64,000 nt of DNA from Longimicrobiales bacterium. Lineage in GTDB: Bacteria; Gemmatimonadota; Gemmatimonadetes; Longimicrobiales; Gaopeijiaceae. The first letter of the stretch is position 1; each line of letters begins with the position of its first letter. Shown in pieces: positions 28,094 through 37,322 of the stretch. Made by a program: the position numbers and the translations under genes. Location of the stretch: positions 608,001-672,000 of the forward strand of contig OZ241869.1 in NCBI GenBank assembly GCA_965202805.1. Reading direction: 5' to 3'. The notes beneath the pieces were generated by a model that was given only the letters and a program-made list of their open reading frames with translations, made no database searches and was not told the origin of the DNA.

Positions 28094-28147
28094 ATCATTC
28101 CCGTTCGCCACTCCGGTGGCGCCACGGTGAGAGCGGCTCGCGATGAA

Positions 28148-29611
28148 TCACGCGACGGAGCCCTTGGTTTGCCGAAGGCGGGCTTGAGAGAGTTGCTGCC
28201 TAAACCGGTCGACCACCTGGACACTGGTCTCTCCGGCCTGCGCCGCGATCCAGAGTTCCTGGAGGTTCTCTTGAGCCAGAAGCAAAACGTCGTCACGCTC
28301 GGCCTTTTCAATCTCGGCCTCGGATAGCGCCTCACGCGTGCTAGCCGTCGCCAGGACCGCGATCACTTCGCTGCCGGGAAGTTGGTTGCGCATATGCTCC
28401 GACCGAGCGATGAGCTTGCCCACCTTGCCGCCTGTGTCGAGCGACCCGACCGTACACTCGATCGCGAGCATCAGGGAAGATCCTGGCGCCTGAGCAAGGT
28501 GATCGATGGTGTTTCCCCGTCTGGTGTGCCCGGAAAGCGGGTGCATGTGGAATCCGAGGAAGAAGAACAGCAGGCCCACAGCGGCCTCGAACTGCTGCGA
28601 CTTGTTCTTCCCACGCGCCCGAAGCTGCTTCCGGAAGCGTTCAAGGCCAGGGTCGAGAGCGTCGTGAGCCTTGATCCGGATACTGGACGCGGTAGATGCC
28701 AACGGCACGGACACGCGGTCTACGCACCGGTCTCCGACGACGATGAATGCTGTGGCAGTGGAATCACCGTTCTCGACCGGGATGTCCAACTCCGAGAGGA
28801 GAGCGCCCCCCTCACGCGTCCATTCGCGCTCCGCGAGCCCGACCGATCCATGGCGAACCGGTTCTCCGATGCTGCTACCTACCGTCCAGATGACGTCCGC
28901 TTTCGTTACAAAGACATCTGCGGCAGCCCGGACGGCGACGGTCACGCGGTCCACCGACGAGGATACCTTCTCTGGATCAAAGCGCACGGCGAGGGGGGCG
29001 ATCAGCTCGATTACGGTAGTGTTGCCCTGGATCTTCAGGCCTTGGGGCCGTGCGCAGAACCTGCGCACCAAGTCGGGCAGGCCATCGTAGGCGTTCGGCC
29101 CGCCACGGATCATTCCGTCCAGCTCGAATGGATCGTGACCGGCTTGTCTCAAGACATCGAAGATTGAGGAACCATAGCCTACTAGCGAGTGACAGCTCCA
29201 CAGGTCGTACTCGGCAGTCCGGTACGCGCCGGCCAACTCATTGAAGCTGTACCTGATGTCGGTCGCAGGCTGATCCGACCGGCCGACGTATCTGACGTAC
29301 CGGGGCCGCAGCTTCATCCTGCCATTGGCGATGCCGCGGACTATGGAAGGGAGGTCCGCAACGGGACGAACGATCTGCCAGGCATGGAATTGACGTCGCT
29401 CGACCGGTAAGAAGCGTGGGACGGATCGAGGCGGACGATGGTCGAGGAAACCCCGGGTAACAAGGTTCATCCAGCGGCGGCCGCTACGGATCGCACAGAC
29501 GCGCAGATCCACGGACCGCCAGAACCCGCCGTCATTCACCAAGTCGATGAAGCGATCTGCGTCCTCCTCCGGAGAGCGCTCACGTCTTTCTTGTGACATA
29601 CGAGTCTCCAT
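28148..29611 (-). CDS. Hypothetical protein with a C-terminal restriction-endonuclease-like domain
   Basis: QFEAAVGLLFFFLGF...IDHLA...LAIECT resembles a PD-(D/E)XK-type core. Confidence 0.6.
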   Translation of the reverse strand: METRMSQERRERSPEEDADRFIDLVNDGGFWRSVDLRVCAIRSGRRWMNLVTRGFLDHRPPRSVPRFLPVERRQFHAWQIVRPVADLPSIVRGIANGRMKLRPRYVRYVGRSDQPATDIRYSFNELAGAYRTAEYDLWSCHSLVGYGSSIFDVLRQAGHDPFELDGMIRGGPNAYDGLPDLVRRFCARPQGLKIQGNTTVIELIAPLAVRFDPEKVSSSVDRVTVAVRAAADVFVTKADVIWTVGSSIGEPVRHGSVGLAEREWTREGGALLSELDIPVENGDSTATAFIVVGDRCVDRVSVPLASTASSIRIKAHDALDPGLERFRKQLRARGKNKSQQFEAAVGLLFFFLGFHMHPLSGHTRRGNTIDHLAQAPGSSLMLAIECTVGSLDTGGKVGKLIARSEHMRNQLPGSEVIAVLATASTREALSEAEIEKAERDDVLLLAQENLQELWIAAQAGETSVQVVDRFRQQLSQARLRQTKGSVA

Positions 29612-29793
29612 GGCCTCGGGCAGGGTTCCATCACTACGGCAAGTATCGTGAAACTAACATGCTCCGGTCTAGGTGGCCGAGTAGCGGCAAGGCCAGATCA
29701 TGGATCAAGCTGCGAGTAAGGGGCAGTCTCGCTGACTAAGCTCGCGGGCATCCGCTTAAGGGTGGAGAAATCGAGCCTGCGGACGGCCCTCAC

Positions 29794-30660
29794 TCACCCA
29801 CGGCCCGGCCTCCTCCCCGTCCCGCGCAGCTTCGCCACTTTGCTGAGAAGATCGAACCAGAACGGAGCGCCCAGCGATACCGCCGCGGCTGTGAAGAACC
29901 ACCCAAGAACATGGGCGATCCAGGTCCAAGCACCCCAATCCGGCAAATCATCATCCCGACCGAACGGATCTTCGCCCTCCCATCCAAGCGGAAACGACTG
30001 GAGAATCGCGTCCGCGACCTGCGCAGAGTCTGCGCTCACCGTGTCGGAGGCCGCGGCAACCGCCTCCTGGGCGATCGCATACCGCAGGGCGTCGTCCCGC
30101 CAGAGGTCCTGCACCACATGCACGGTGCTCGCGTTGGCCGACACGGTCACGACGGCGCCGATCGCGAAGATGATCAGTTGCGTCTGCCGCCTGTACCAAC
30201 CCGACACGCGGTTCATCCCTTCGTCGAACCAGCCGGCGACCTGGCGGCGAAGGTCGTCCACCGTCTCCGCTCCCAGATGGGTCAGCGCCCGGAGAGGCGG
30301 CTTGAGCGCGGAGTCGTCGCCGAGCCGGTCAACCAGCTTGGCCGCCTCGTCGCCCATGGCCACCACGGGATTGCCGTCCTCATCCTGCGCGACCAGGTCC
30401 ACGAGCGCCGAGGCGAAGGTTTCGGCTCCGATGTACGACGGGTTCTTCTTGCCCTTCGCCAGCGTGTTGACCAGCGGATGTCCATAGAGCCGCTGGGCAT
30501 AGTCGTCTCCGATCAGCGTCTCGACCCCCTTCCGAAGGTTCTTCGCCCGGAGCGAGAGCAAGGTTGAAACCCACTCCTTGACGACCGAGGCGACAAGGCT
30601 CAACACGCTGTAGAGCAGCGCGAGGCCAAGAGCGACATCGACTATCGGATGATCCAGCAC
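29794..30660 (-). CDS. Hypothetical multi-pass membrane protein
   Basis: Three hydrophobic segments; PSYI, WFD..M.RVSGWYRR, SLGAPFWFDLL; AGGAGG RBS. Confidence 0.75.
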   Translation of the reverse strand: MLDHPIVDVALGLALLYSVLSLVASVVKEWVSTLLSLRAKNLRKGVETLIGDDYAQRLYGHPLVNTLAKGKKNPSYIGAETFASALVDLVAQDEDGNPVVAMGDEAAKLVDRLGDDSALKPPLRALTHLGAETVDDLRRQVAGWFDEGMNRVSGWYRRQTQLIIFAIGAVVTVSANASTVHVVQDLWRDDALRYAIAQEAVAAASDTVSADSAQVADAILQSFPLGWEGEDPFGRDDDLPDWGAWTWIAHVLGWFFTAAAVSLGAPFWFDLLSKVAKLRGTGRRPGRG

Positions 30661-30679
30661 TGCGCCTCCTTTTCCTCTT

Positions 30680-30777
30680 TTAGTCCCCTTCCGCGCCCGC
30701 GGACCCCGCCGTCCCTCCTCCGACGGCGAAGCTCAGTCCGGCGCGGGTGGTCTCGATCGGGACGAACAGCGGTGCCG
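30680..30777 (-). pseudogene. Orphan 3' tail of a paralogue of the gene at 60693-62528
   Basis: 30704-30777 matches 60705-60778 at 69/74 nt; both encode APLFVPIETTRAGLSFAVGGGTAG. Confidence 0.85.
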
Positions 30778-30815
30778 GGCGTCCCATCTGACAGTGCACG
30801 CAGGCTCCTGAGTGC

Positions 30816-32030
30816 CTACTCCTCCGCCAGATTCTCGACGGGCGATAACCCATCCAGATCGATGGTAAGCACCTCGATTGCGCGTTTGCGGACGCCGATT
30901 CCGTGTTCGATGAGGAGGTCGACAAGCTTGTCCCCGTCAATGAGGGTGATTGGCGCGGCGCCTTGGGCGAACGCTGCTTCTATCGCACCCTTCGCGAAGC
31001 GGGAAGTCGCTACGATCGTCCCTCGCACGGCGTTGAAACGGTAGAGTGAGCCACGCAGGGCGTCCAGGTCCTTGCGTTGCACGGTTCTCTTGTGTCGCTT
31101 CGCCTGGACCACCTCACGGACCGAGGTGACGCCGAGTTCGATCTCGGCAACCACGTCGACACCTCCATCACCGGACTGTCCCACGACATCCACATTCTGG
31201 TAGTTCATGTGGTCGAGCAGGTGCCCGACGAGCTTCTCGAAGGCTTTGGGATCCATCTGTAGCAGGTGATCACGAAGAGCTGTTCGAACAGCGGCCTCGC
31301 GTGCCTTGGCGAGCTTACGGATTTGCTGACGTTCGTCGGACTCAGGCAACGTCACGACGCGCTTCAGGTAGGCGATCCCTCGGTGAGTAGCCGCGTACTT
31401 GCCGCGCTCTCGATCGATCAAGCGTCGATCGAGGAGGTTGTTCAGACGGCGGCGAAGTGTATCACGGATGGTCGAATCTGTACCGAAATTGGAATGTTGC
31501 TCAAGATACTCCGCCCATGCTTCGATCAGTTCCCCGAAACGGGCGGGTCCGTTTTCCGAGACCATCGCGAGGAGCTCTGTAAGTCCCTCTTGCTCGTCCA
31601 GGAAGACCTCTACGCGACCACCTTGATGCTCGATGAAATCACGACCGAGATCCGAGAGAACCAGGGTGCCATCGGATGCTATCTCGACTAGGTTGTATTT
31701 CTGGACCAGGAGCCAGTGCCCATAGGTGTGCCTCGGGTTGACACTCTGGCTGCTCTCGGTCCAGATCGCCCTGGCGAGATCACGTGTATCGCCAGTGAGC
31801 TTTGCCGGAATCCATGTGTCGGGATCCGTCCATGCAACAGGGTTCTGGGGTGTTCCACGAAGCTGCGCCAAGGTGCTGTGGAGTCCCGTAACCTGCGCCT
31901 TGGGACGGCCGGGCCACACCCTTAGCAGGTGTCGCACCTCGTCGTAGATGGGGAATACCGGGATGCGAACTCGCCGAGTGCGCTCAGCTACGCCAGTCTC
32001 GTCTTGGCCGCTCTTCCCGCTCTCGTGCAT
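30816..32030 (-). CDS. mrr: Mrr-family (type IV) restriction endonuclease
   Basis: MDPKAFEKLV..LL, SGDGGVDVVA, VQAKRH, TSRFA..A, ITLIDGDKLVDLL; start uncertain. Confidence 0.88.
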   Translation of the reverse strand: MHESGKSGQDETGVAERTRRVRIPVFPIYDEVRHLLRVWPGRPKAQVTGLHSTLAQLRGTPQNPVAWTDPDTWIPAKLTGDTRDLARAIWTESSQSVNPRHTYGHWLLVQKYNLVEIASDGTLVLSDLGRDFIEHQGGRVEVFLDEQEGLTELLAMVSENGPARFGELIEAWAEYLEQHSNFGTDSTIRDTLRRRLNNLLDRRLIDRERGKYAATHRGIAYLKRVVTLPESDERQQIRKLAKAREAAVRTALRDHLLQMDPKAFEKLVGHLLDHMNYQNVDVVGQSGDGGVDVVAEIELGVTSVREVVQAKRHKRTVQRKDLDALRGSLYRFNAVRGTIVATSRFAKGAIEAAFAQGAAPITLIDGDKLVDLLIEHGIGVRKRAIEVLTIDLDGLSPVENLAEE

Positions 32031-32114
32031 TTTGGGTCTCCATGGTCGATGACGGACCCAAGGTAACTGCGGCACTCCTGACCCGATACGGCAATGGCCA
32101 AGGGTAGCCCCCCC

Positions 32115-32552
32115 TCACCCCCTCACCGGATCCACCACCCTCAGGAACGGAAACCGGTGGAACCCGGTGTCCCGCGTGCAGATCCGGCTCACCCCGTGCT
32201 CGCGCATGAGCACCGCGGTGTGCAGGTCGTACATCTGGTTCCCGCGGATGTCGGGCAGCTCCGCCACGGTCTGCTCGAGGATCGCCGAGTGACGGCGGGT
32301 CGCGACCAGCATCTCGAACCCCGGTGAGTCCACCAGGGCGGCGATGAAGCGCCGGGCCTCCCCCGGCGTCCAGGGCGAGCGGAACACCCGCCGGTGGGTG
32401 CTCACCCGCAGGAACTCGTAGCAGATGTTCCAGGTCAGGAAGGCGGGCGACGGATCGCGCCGGGCTCTCTCGATCCAGCGGCGGCAAGGCTCACGGTACT
32501 CGGAGTCCTCGTCCGCCGCGTAGAGGAGCACGTTGGTGTCGAAAACCAGCAC
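32115..32552 (-). CDS. vapC: VapC PIN-domain toxin, copy 1
   Basis: VFDTNVLLYA, YEFLRVST, YDLHTAVLM, ICTRDTGF. Confidence 0.92.
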   Translation of the reverse strand: MLVFDTNVLLYAADEDSEYREPCRRWIERARRDPSPAFLTWNICYEFLRVSTHRRVFRSPWTPGEARRFIAALVDSPGFEMLVATRRHSAILEQTVAELPDIRGNQMYDLHTAVLMREHGVSRICTRDTGFHRFPFLRVVDPVRG

Positions 32553-32792
32553 TCACTCGTCCTCCATCGCGCGGTAGAGCTCTTCGCGATCGCTGATGTC
32601 CACCAGCTGTCCGCCGCTGCTCCAGGAGGGCAGGGGGGGCAGGTCGCCGGTCTCTCCTCCGGCGGCGTCGGGGTCGGCGAGGACGATCCGCAGCCCCGCT
32701 TCCACCAGCGCCGTCATCGTGGTGTCGCGCCGGGCCGCCTCCTGCCGGAGGCACCGCATGAGGGTGTCGTCGATGTTCAGGGTCGTCTTCAT
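32553..32792 (-). CDS. vapB: VapB/CopG-like RHH antitoxin, copy 1
   Basis: MKTTLNIDDTLMRCLRQEAARRDTTMTALVEAGLR; abuts vapC. Confidence 0.88.
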   Translation of the reverse strand: MKTTLNIDDTLMRCLRQEAARRDTTMTALVEAGLRIVLADPDAAGGETGDLPPLPSWSSGGQLVDISDREELYRAMEDE

Positions 32793-32829
32793 ATGGATTA
32801 CCATATCCCCGATATGGGAATATGGCAAC
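32790..32829 (-). promoter_or_regulatory. vapB promoter/operator, copy B
   Basis: Same 40-bp motif; ATG lies 7 nt after the -10 box with no SD, consistent with a leaderless mRNA. Confidence 0.8.
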
Positions 32830-32989
32830 GGCTCGCCTGTTGAGAAGAGATGGGGACGGCGTATGGAGATGAGGACGGTGGGGGTGGAAGTCCCGCAGAT
32901 CGCTTGGCCGGCCCCGCGCATTGGTCGCTGCTCGGACGAGTAGGAATTCTGTCACCCTTTTCGCGGGCTGGTCGGCAGCTGTTGCACCC

Positions 32990-33336
32990 CCGCCCCCCGC
33001 GCCCGCCGCACATAGCTGCCGACCGTGCTTGTGGGAGATCCAGAGAATGGCCTCGATCCGCGGGTGGCTTGGGCCGAGTCCGTACTTCAGCCGGAGAACA
33101 TCTCGAATCTTGCGCATGGACAACTTCTTCCGGGCCACCGTCTTCCTTCTCGCTCAAGGATCGCTCGCGAGGTTGGGAAGAACATCCCGGGCTGGCCACA
33201 ATCGACGGCGCATCTAGCTGGACGAAACACGTCGGAATGGGTGGACAGCATCCATCGAAACGAGTGGAGGAAATGAATAGGGAACCAGTGGACCGCATCC
33301 GTCGGAATGAGTGGTCGAAATGCGTCGGAGTCAGCA
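32990..33336 (-). mobile_element. IS21-family left-end remnant with truncated istA
   Basis: MARKKLSMRKIRDVLRLKYGLG from 33138; TG-initiated end with repeated (t)tccgacg...cca boxes at ~33230-33336. Confidence 0.75.
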
Positions 33337-33357
33337 GCAGGCTCCGGTGCTGAAGGT

Positions 33358-36102
33358 TCATTCCTCCGCCCGCACGCGCCGCCCTAGCTCGTTCACGAAG
33401 TCCAGGCTCTTCCTCGGAATCAGAACGTTGCGGGCCAATCGGAGTTTTTCCTCCAGGAGGTCGTGGAGGTGTTCCTCGACAGACTTCGAGCCTCGTCCCT
33501 CAACGACAGGGTAGTGTACCGTTACCGGACGATCTTGCCCGATCCGGTGCACTCTGTCAGTCGCCTGATTCTCCTTGGCTGGATTCCAGAGGCGCGTGTA
33601 GTGGATGACATGGGTAGCGCCAGTAATGTTCAGGCCGACACCGGCCGCCTCGGGTGACAGGATCAGCAGGTCGAACCTGCTACCACGGTTGAACGCTTCA
33701 ACGATTTCATGCCGATTGAGGCCCGCAACTTCCCCATTCAGGACACTGGGATGGAAGCCAAAGCGACTGGTGACCACCGCTTGGATGATTCGCTGCATGA
33801 TCTTGAAGCGGGTGTAGACGACCGCTTTCTCGCCAAGGGTGCGTACCTCATCGAGGATGTCCATGGTGCGTCTAAGTTTCGGAGCATCTCTCAGGAGTCG
33901 GTCAACGTCCGGTAGATCGGGGCCCTGGTCTACGATTGCCGGGTGCGAGCAGACTGCGATTAGCCGTTGCAGCCCCGCCAGCGCCATGATGGTCCCGTCC
34001 TTGACACCGCCTTGGATTTGGGAATAGAGGGCCGCCTGGCGTTCGCTCATGGGCACACGGTAGGTGCGGGCGTTCTTGGGTGGGAGCGCCAGTACTGCCT
34101 CCTTGGTGCGACGCACATAGTGGGGGTTTAGCCGCGCTCTCAGCCGTGCGACGTGGCCGCTTTCATCGCCGTCCTGATCTAAGGCGTCGACAAGGGGGCG
34201 CTCGAATTCGTCCCGGAACTCTGCACCGCTGCCCAGGCGGCCGGGCTGTGCGAAGTCCATGATGCACCACAATTCGGAGAGTCCATTCTCTACCGGCGTT
34301 CCAGTGCATGCGATCCGAAAGGAGGCCTTCATGCCCTTGATCGCGCTTGTGACGTTCGCAGTAGGGTTCTTCACGTTCTGGGCTTCGTCGCAGGCTACGA
34401 ACATCCAGTCCACTTTACCGAGCATGAGTTGGTCCCGCCGCAGCGTGGCGTAGGTGGTGATCACGAGTTCATGCTGGGCGAGACGAACCGGGTCTCGTTC
34501 CCTGAGAGGACCTCGATGCTCGTAAGCAGGCTCGATTCCCGGCGCAAACCGTTTCAACTCCTTCTTCCAATTCACGATTACGGACAAGGGTACAACCAGC
34601 AAGGCAGGCTTCAGCCTGCCGCAATCATGCAAGTGTGACATGAAGGCGATCAGCTGCACCGTTTTTCCGAGTCCCATGTCATCGGCCAGAAGGCCACCCC
34701 AACCGTTCTCATGCAGGTATCTCATCCACCTGTATCCGACTTCCTGATGCGGGTACAGTGTGGCGCGTAGTGCCTGCGGCGCGTCATAGCTGGGAAGCTT
34801 GGGCAACGGGGTTGATTCGTCGTCGGACTCGTCGTATTCCAACACCTCCGTGTTGGAGATAACGTCAAGAACGAGCTGAACCTCGCGCTCCTCGATCCTG
34901 CGCTTGCCGTCGCCATCCGTATCGGGATGGTCATCGCAGAACTCCAAGAAGCGTTTGGCTCGTTCGGGGTCAACCTCCATCCAGCCGTTTCGGTATCTCA
35001 CATAGCGCTCTCCGCTCGCAATAGACTGCTCCGCGAGTTCACGGAACTCTTCCGGGGACATCTCTTCAGCCAGTTGTTCATCCGACGTGCCGAGTTCCTC
35101 TTCGCCGGCTTGCTCGGTGATCTCAACCGAAGGACTTGCGTCGAACCAGCCGCGACGCTTTGCTCGCGTCACCGAGATATAGGGTTGGGAGCGGTAGCGT
35201 ACCGGAATCAGGCCACGCACCCTGTCACTGAAGTGGGCGAGCTCGACATCGACGGCGTCAGGCAGGAATGCCTCGGGATTGTCAAAGAACCTGGGGACAT
35301 CGGGTCCGCTCAGAATCGCGTTTCCTTGAAGGTGCCTGACAGCTTCGCGTTGGTCTTGCCTCAGCACCAGGCGTCGACGCCCGCCCGCGGCCAGGAACTG
35401 CGTGTAGACAGATTTGGCTGGACCGTCGGAGAAGCTTGGGAAGTCGCTCTCGTCAACTCCCCGCGCAGTCGGAGACAGCTTGATCTCCTCCGGCGATGTC
35501 ACTTCCACACCGACGCTGATACCGTCGGGGACGATGTGCTCTTCCCTCTTGAGAAAGTCATCGAGAGCGACTCGCTTTGACTGCCTTGCTAGCCGCTTGG
35601 CCTCTGCGATACGGAGGGTTCGATCAGAGACAGCTTTGGGGAGTTGTTCGTCCAGTAGGAGAACCAACTCTCCGATCGGTCGAGGCGGCAATGCCGGGCC
35701 TTGCGGTGTTTCAAACAGGAGCCCTGTGCGCTGGTCTGCAGGCAAGAGGTGATAGCCGGTCGCATCCGAGACATGGAGTTCAACCCAGAGTCGGAAATCC
35801 CGCTTGGTTGGCCAGAGATAGGTCTGTAGTTTGCCGAAGAATCGGTCGTCTGGCTGAGGAATCCCCAAGAGATCTCGGTCTTCCTTGTCAAGTTCGTAGA
35901 CATAAGGCCAGGGCAGGACAACCGTGGACGCAGCCTGCTTGACCAGATTACAGCCCCAGAGTTCCTCAAGCAGCCGGATCACTGGCACACCCCCTGCTGC
36001 GGAACCAGGGGCAAGGGGAAAGGTCGGTATGGGTACGCCGTCGTGATCAAGGAACTCGATTCCTGCTTGGACAGGCTTCCAACGTAACCCTTGGCCCTTC
36101 AT
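33358..36102 (-). CDS. zorD: ZorD-like SNF2 helicase/ATPase
   Basis: LADDMGLGKT, DEAQNVKN, TGTPVEN, WNPAKENQATDRVHRIGQ; ATGA overlap with zorC; no C-terminal nuclease visible. Confidence 0.8.
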   Translation of the reverse strand: MKGQGLRWKPVQAGIEFLDHDGVPIPTFPLAPGSAAGGVPVIRLLEELWGCNLVKQAASTVVLPWPYVYELDKEDRDLLGIPQPDDRFFGKLQTYLWPTKRDFRLWVELHVSDATGYHLLPADQRTGLLFETPQGPALPPRPIGELVLLLDEQLPKAVSDRTLRIAEAKRLARQSKRVALDDFLKREEHIVPDGISVGVEVTSPEEIKLSPTARGVDESDFPSFSDGPAKSVYTQFLAAGGRRRLVLRQDQREAVRHLQGNAILSGPDVPRFFDNPEAFLPDAVDVELAHFSDRVRGLIPVRYRSQPYISVTRAKRRGWFDASPSVEITEQAGEEELGTSDEQLAEEMSPEEFRELAEQSIASGERYVRYRNGWMEVDPERAKRFLEFCDDHPDTDGDGKRRIEEREVQLVLDVISNTEVLEYDESDDESTPLPKLPSYDAPQALRATLYPHQEVGYRWMRYLHENGWGGLLADDMGLGKTVQLIAFMSHLHDCGRLKPALLVVPLSVIVNWKKELKRFAPGIEPAYEHRGPLRERDPVRLAQHELVITTYATLRRDQLMLGKVDWMFVACDEAQNVKNPTANVTSAIKGMKASFRIACTGTPVENGLSELWCIMDFAQPGRLGSGAEFRDEFERPLVDALDQDGDESGHVARLRARLNPHYVRRTKEAVLALPPKNARTYRVPMSERQAALYSQIQGGVKDGTIMALAGLQRLIAVCSHPAIVDQGPDLPDVDRLLRDAPKLRRTMDILDEVRTLGEKAVVYTRFKIMQRIIQAVVTSRFGFHPSVLNGEVAGLNRHEIVEAFNRGSRFDLLILSPEAAGVGLNITGATHVIHYTRLWNPAKENQATDRVHRIGQDRPVTVHYPVVEGRGSKSVEEHLHDLLEEKLRLARNVLIPRKSLDFVNELGRRVRAEE

Positions 36103-37322
36103 GAGTACCCTGTCTTCCATGCCTTCAAGATGCGCCGAGCCTTGGGTTGCCATTTGGCATGATGAATGATCCGATTGTCTGAATGTTGCGGGATCGGCTG
36201 CGGCAGAATCTTCTTAATCTGCGACGGAGTCCCGAACGTTGTCCGTTGTCGAATGCGTTCCAGGATCGGATCGCCGTCAGGATAGATGTACGCGGCATTG
36301 CCGACCCTGAAGAACTCGAGGACCGAATAGCCCGGAAAGTCGATCAACGACCACTCCGAATCGCCGGCGAACCCGTGGGAAACGTCGAGCATTTCCCGTC
36401 GCATTGCCATCCAGAATCTGTGGCGTGCCGAGTCTCCCCTGAATGCGCGGTCGAGCGCCCGTGAAATAAAATACTCTCGAAAGTCTCCTTTTCGCCTATT
36501 GGACACTCGCTTCCAGTAGTTCGGCCGGGAATCACGAGCCCCAGGGAGTCCGTAGCTTCTTCGAATACTGTCCAGCGCGTTTCTGCTCTCATCCCAATAA
36601 GAGGGATCAACACGTTCGATATAATTCACGCAAGCTTCCTTCCGGCCCTCTCCGGACATCTCGCTCCATCCGTCGAGAACATCTTCTTCCGACATCCGAA
36701 GCAGTTGCCCACTTGAGCCCATCTGAAGAGTTCGGTGAAAGATCCGCTTGATCAATGGGGTGTCGGGGTTAAAGGGAGAAGCGGGGAGCATTGCCAAGTT
36801 CTCCCATCCGATGTCCTGACTCGCCGTCCAGCGGACGATGGCGTCAAGCGGCATCTCGTTCTGCAGCCAATTGGCGCCCTCCTCCGCGTAGCGTTCTCCC
36901 ATGGCAGGCTCCAATCCGAAGCGCTCGCTCATGGCCAGGAGCAGGGTCAGGACCTGCGGTGTTAGAGGGTGTTGTTGCCACGCCTTCCATAGAGCTGGGA
37001 CAAACGTTCGCTTGGGTCGTACCTCGGCCATTAGGCAGATCTCACGGCGAAGATCCCTCCACGTCCCGATAGACCGAACCACGCCTCGCAGTTCGCGTGG
37101 GGTGAGTGCGGCGGCCAGTCTGCGAAGTTCGCGTTCGGCGTCTCGGTGTTGCGCCGCTGCCGCGACTCGATCCCTGAGCGAGGTTGTTTCCGAGCCGCTC
37201 AGTTCTCGGGGCTCCGCTCGAGTTCCGGGATGACGCTGTTGGATGTTGCGTCGTACCGCCGGGAGCTTGGTGGGGCTGAAAGCCCACACATCTTGTAACG
37301 ACCTCACTGTGTCTGCTCGCAT
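36099..37322 (-). CDS. zorC: ZorC-like EH-signature protein
   Basis: RHRFW...VLEFFRVGNAAYIY...IIHHAKWQ; position between zorB and the helicase. Confidence 0.8.
   Translation of the reverse strand: MRADTVRSLQDVWAFSPTKLPAVRRNIQQRHPGTRAEPRELSGSETTSLRDRVAAAAQHRDAERELRRLAAALTPRELRGVVRSIGTWRDLRREICLMAEVRPKRTFVPALWKAWQQHPLTPQVLTLLLAMSERFGLEPAMGERYAEEGANWLQNEMPLDAIVRWTASQDIGWENLAMLPASPFNPDTPLIKRIFHRTLQMGSSGQLLRMSEEDVLDGWSEMSGEGRKEACVNYIERVDPSYWDESRNALDSIRRSYGLPGARDSRPNYWKRVSNRRKGDFREYFISRALDRAFRGDSARHRFWMAMRREMLDVSHGFAGDSEWSLIDFPGYSVLEFFRVGNAAYIYPDGDPILERIRQRTTFGTPSQIKKILPQPIPQHSDNRIIHHAKWQPKARRILKAWKTGYS

Larger units (their letters stand above)
32109..32830. repeat. 722-bp direct repeat, copy 1 (promoter + vapB + vapC)
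   Basis: Matches 40589-41310 (offset 8480) with about 15 substitutions counted by eye. Confidence 0.95.

Noticed and set aside
22815..33336. Composite transposon bounded by IS relics
   Set aside because: The elements belong to different families, are defective and share no target duplication.
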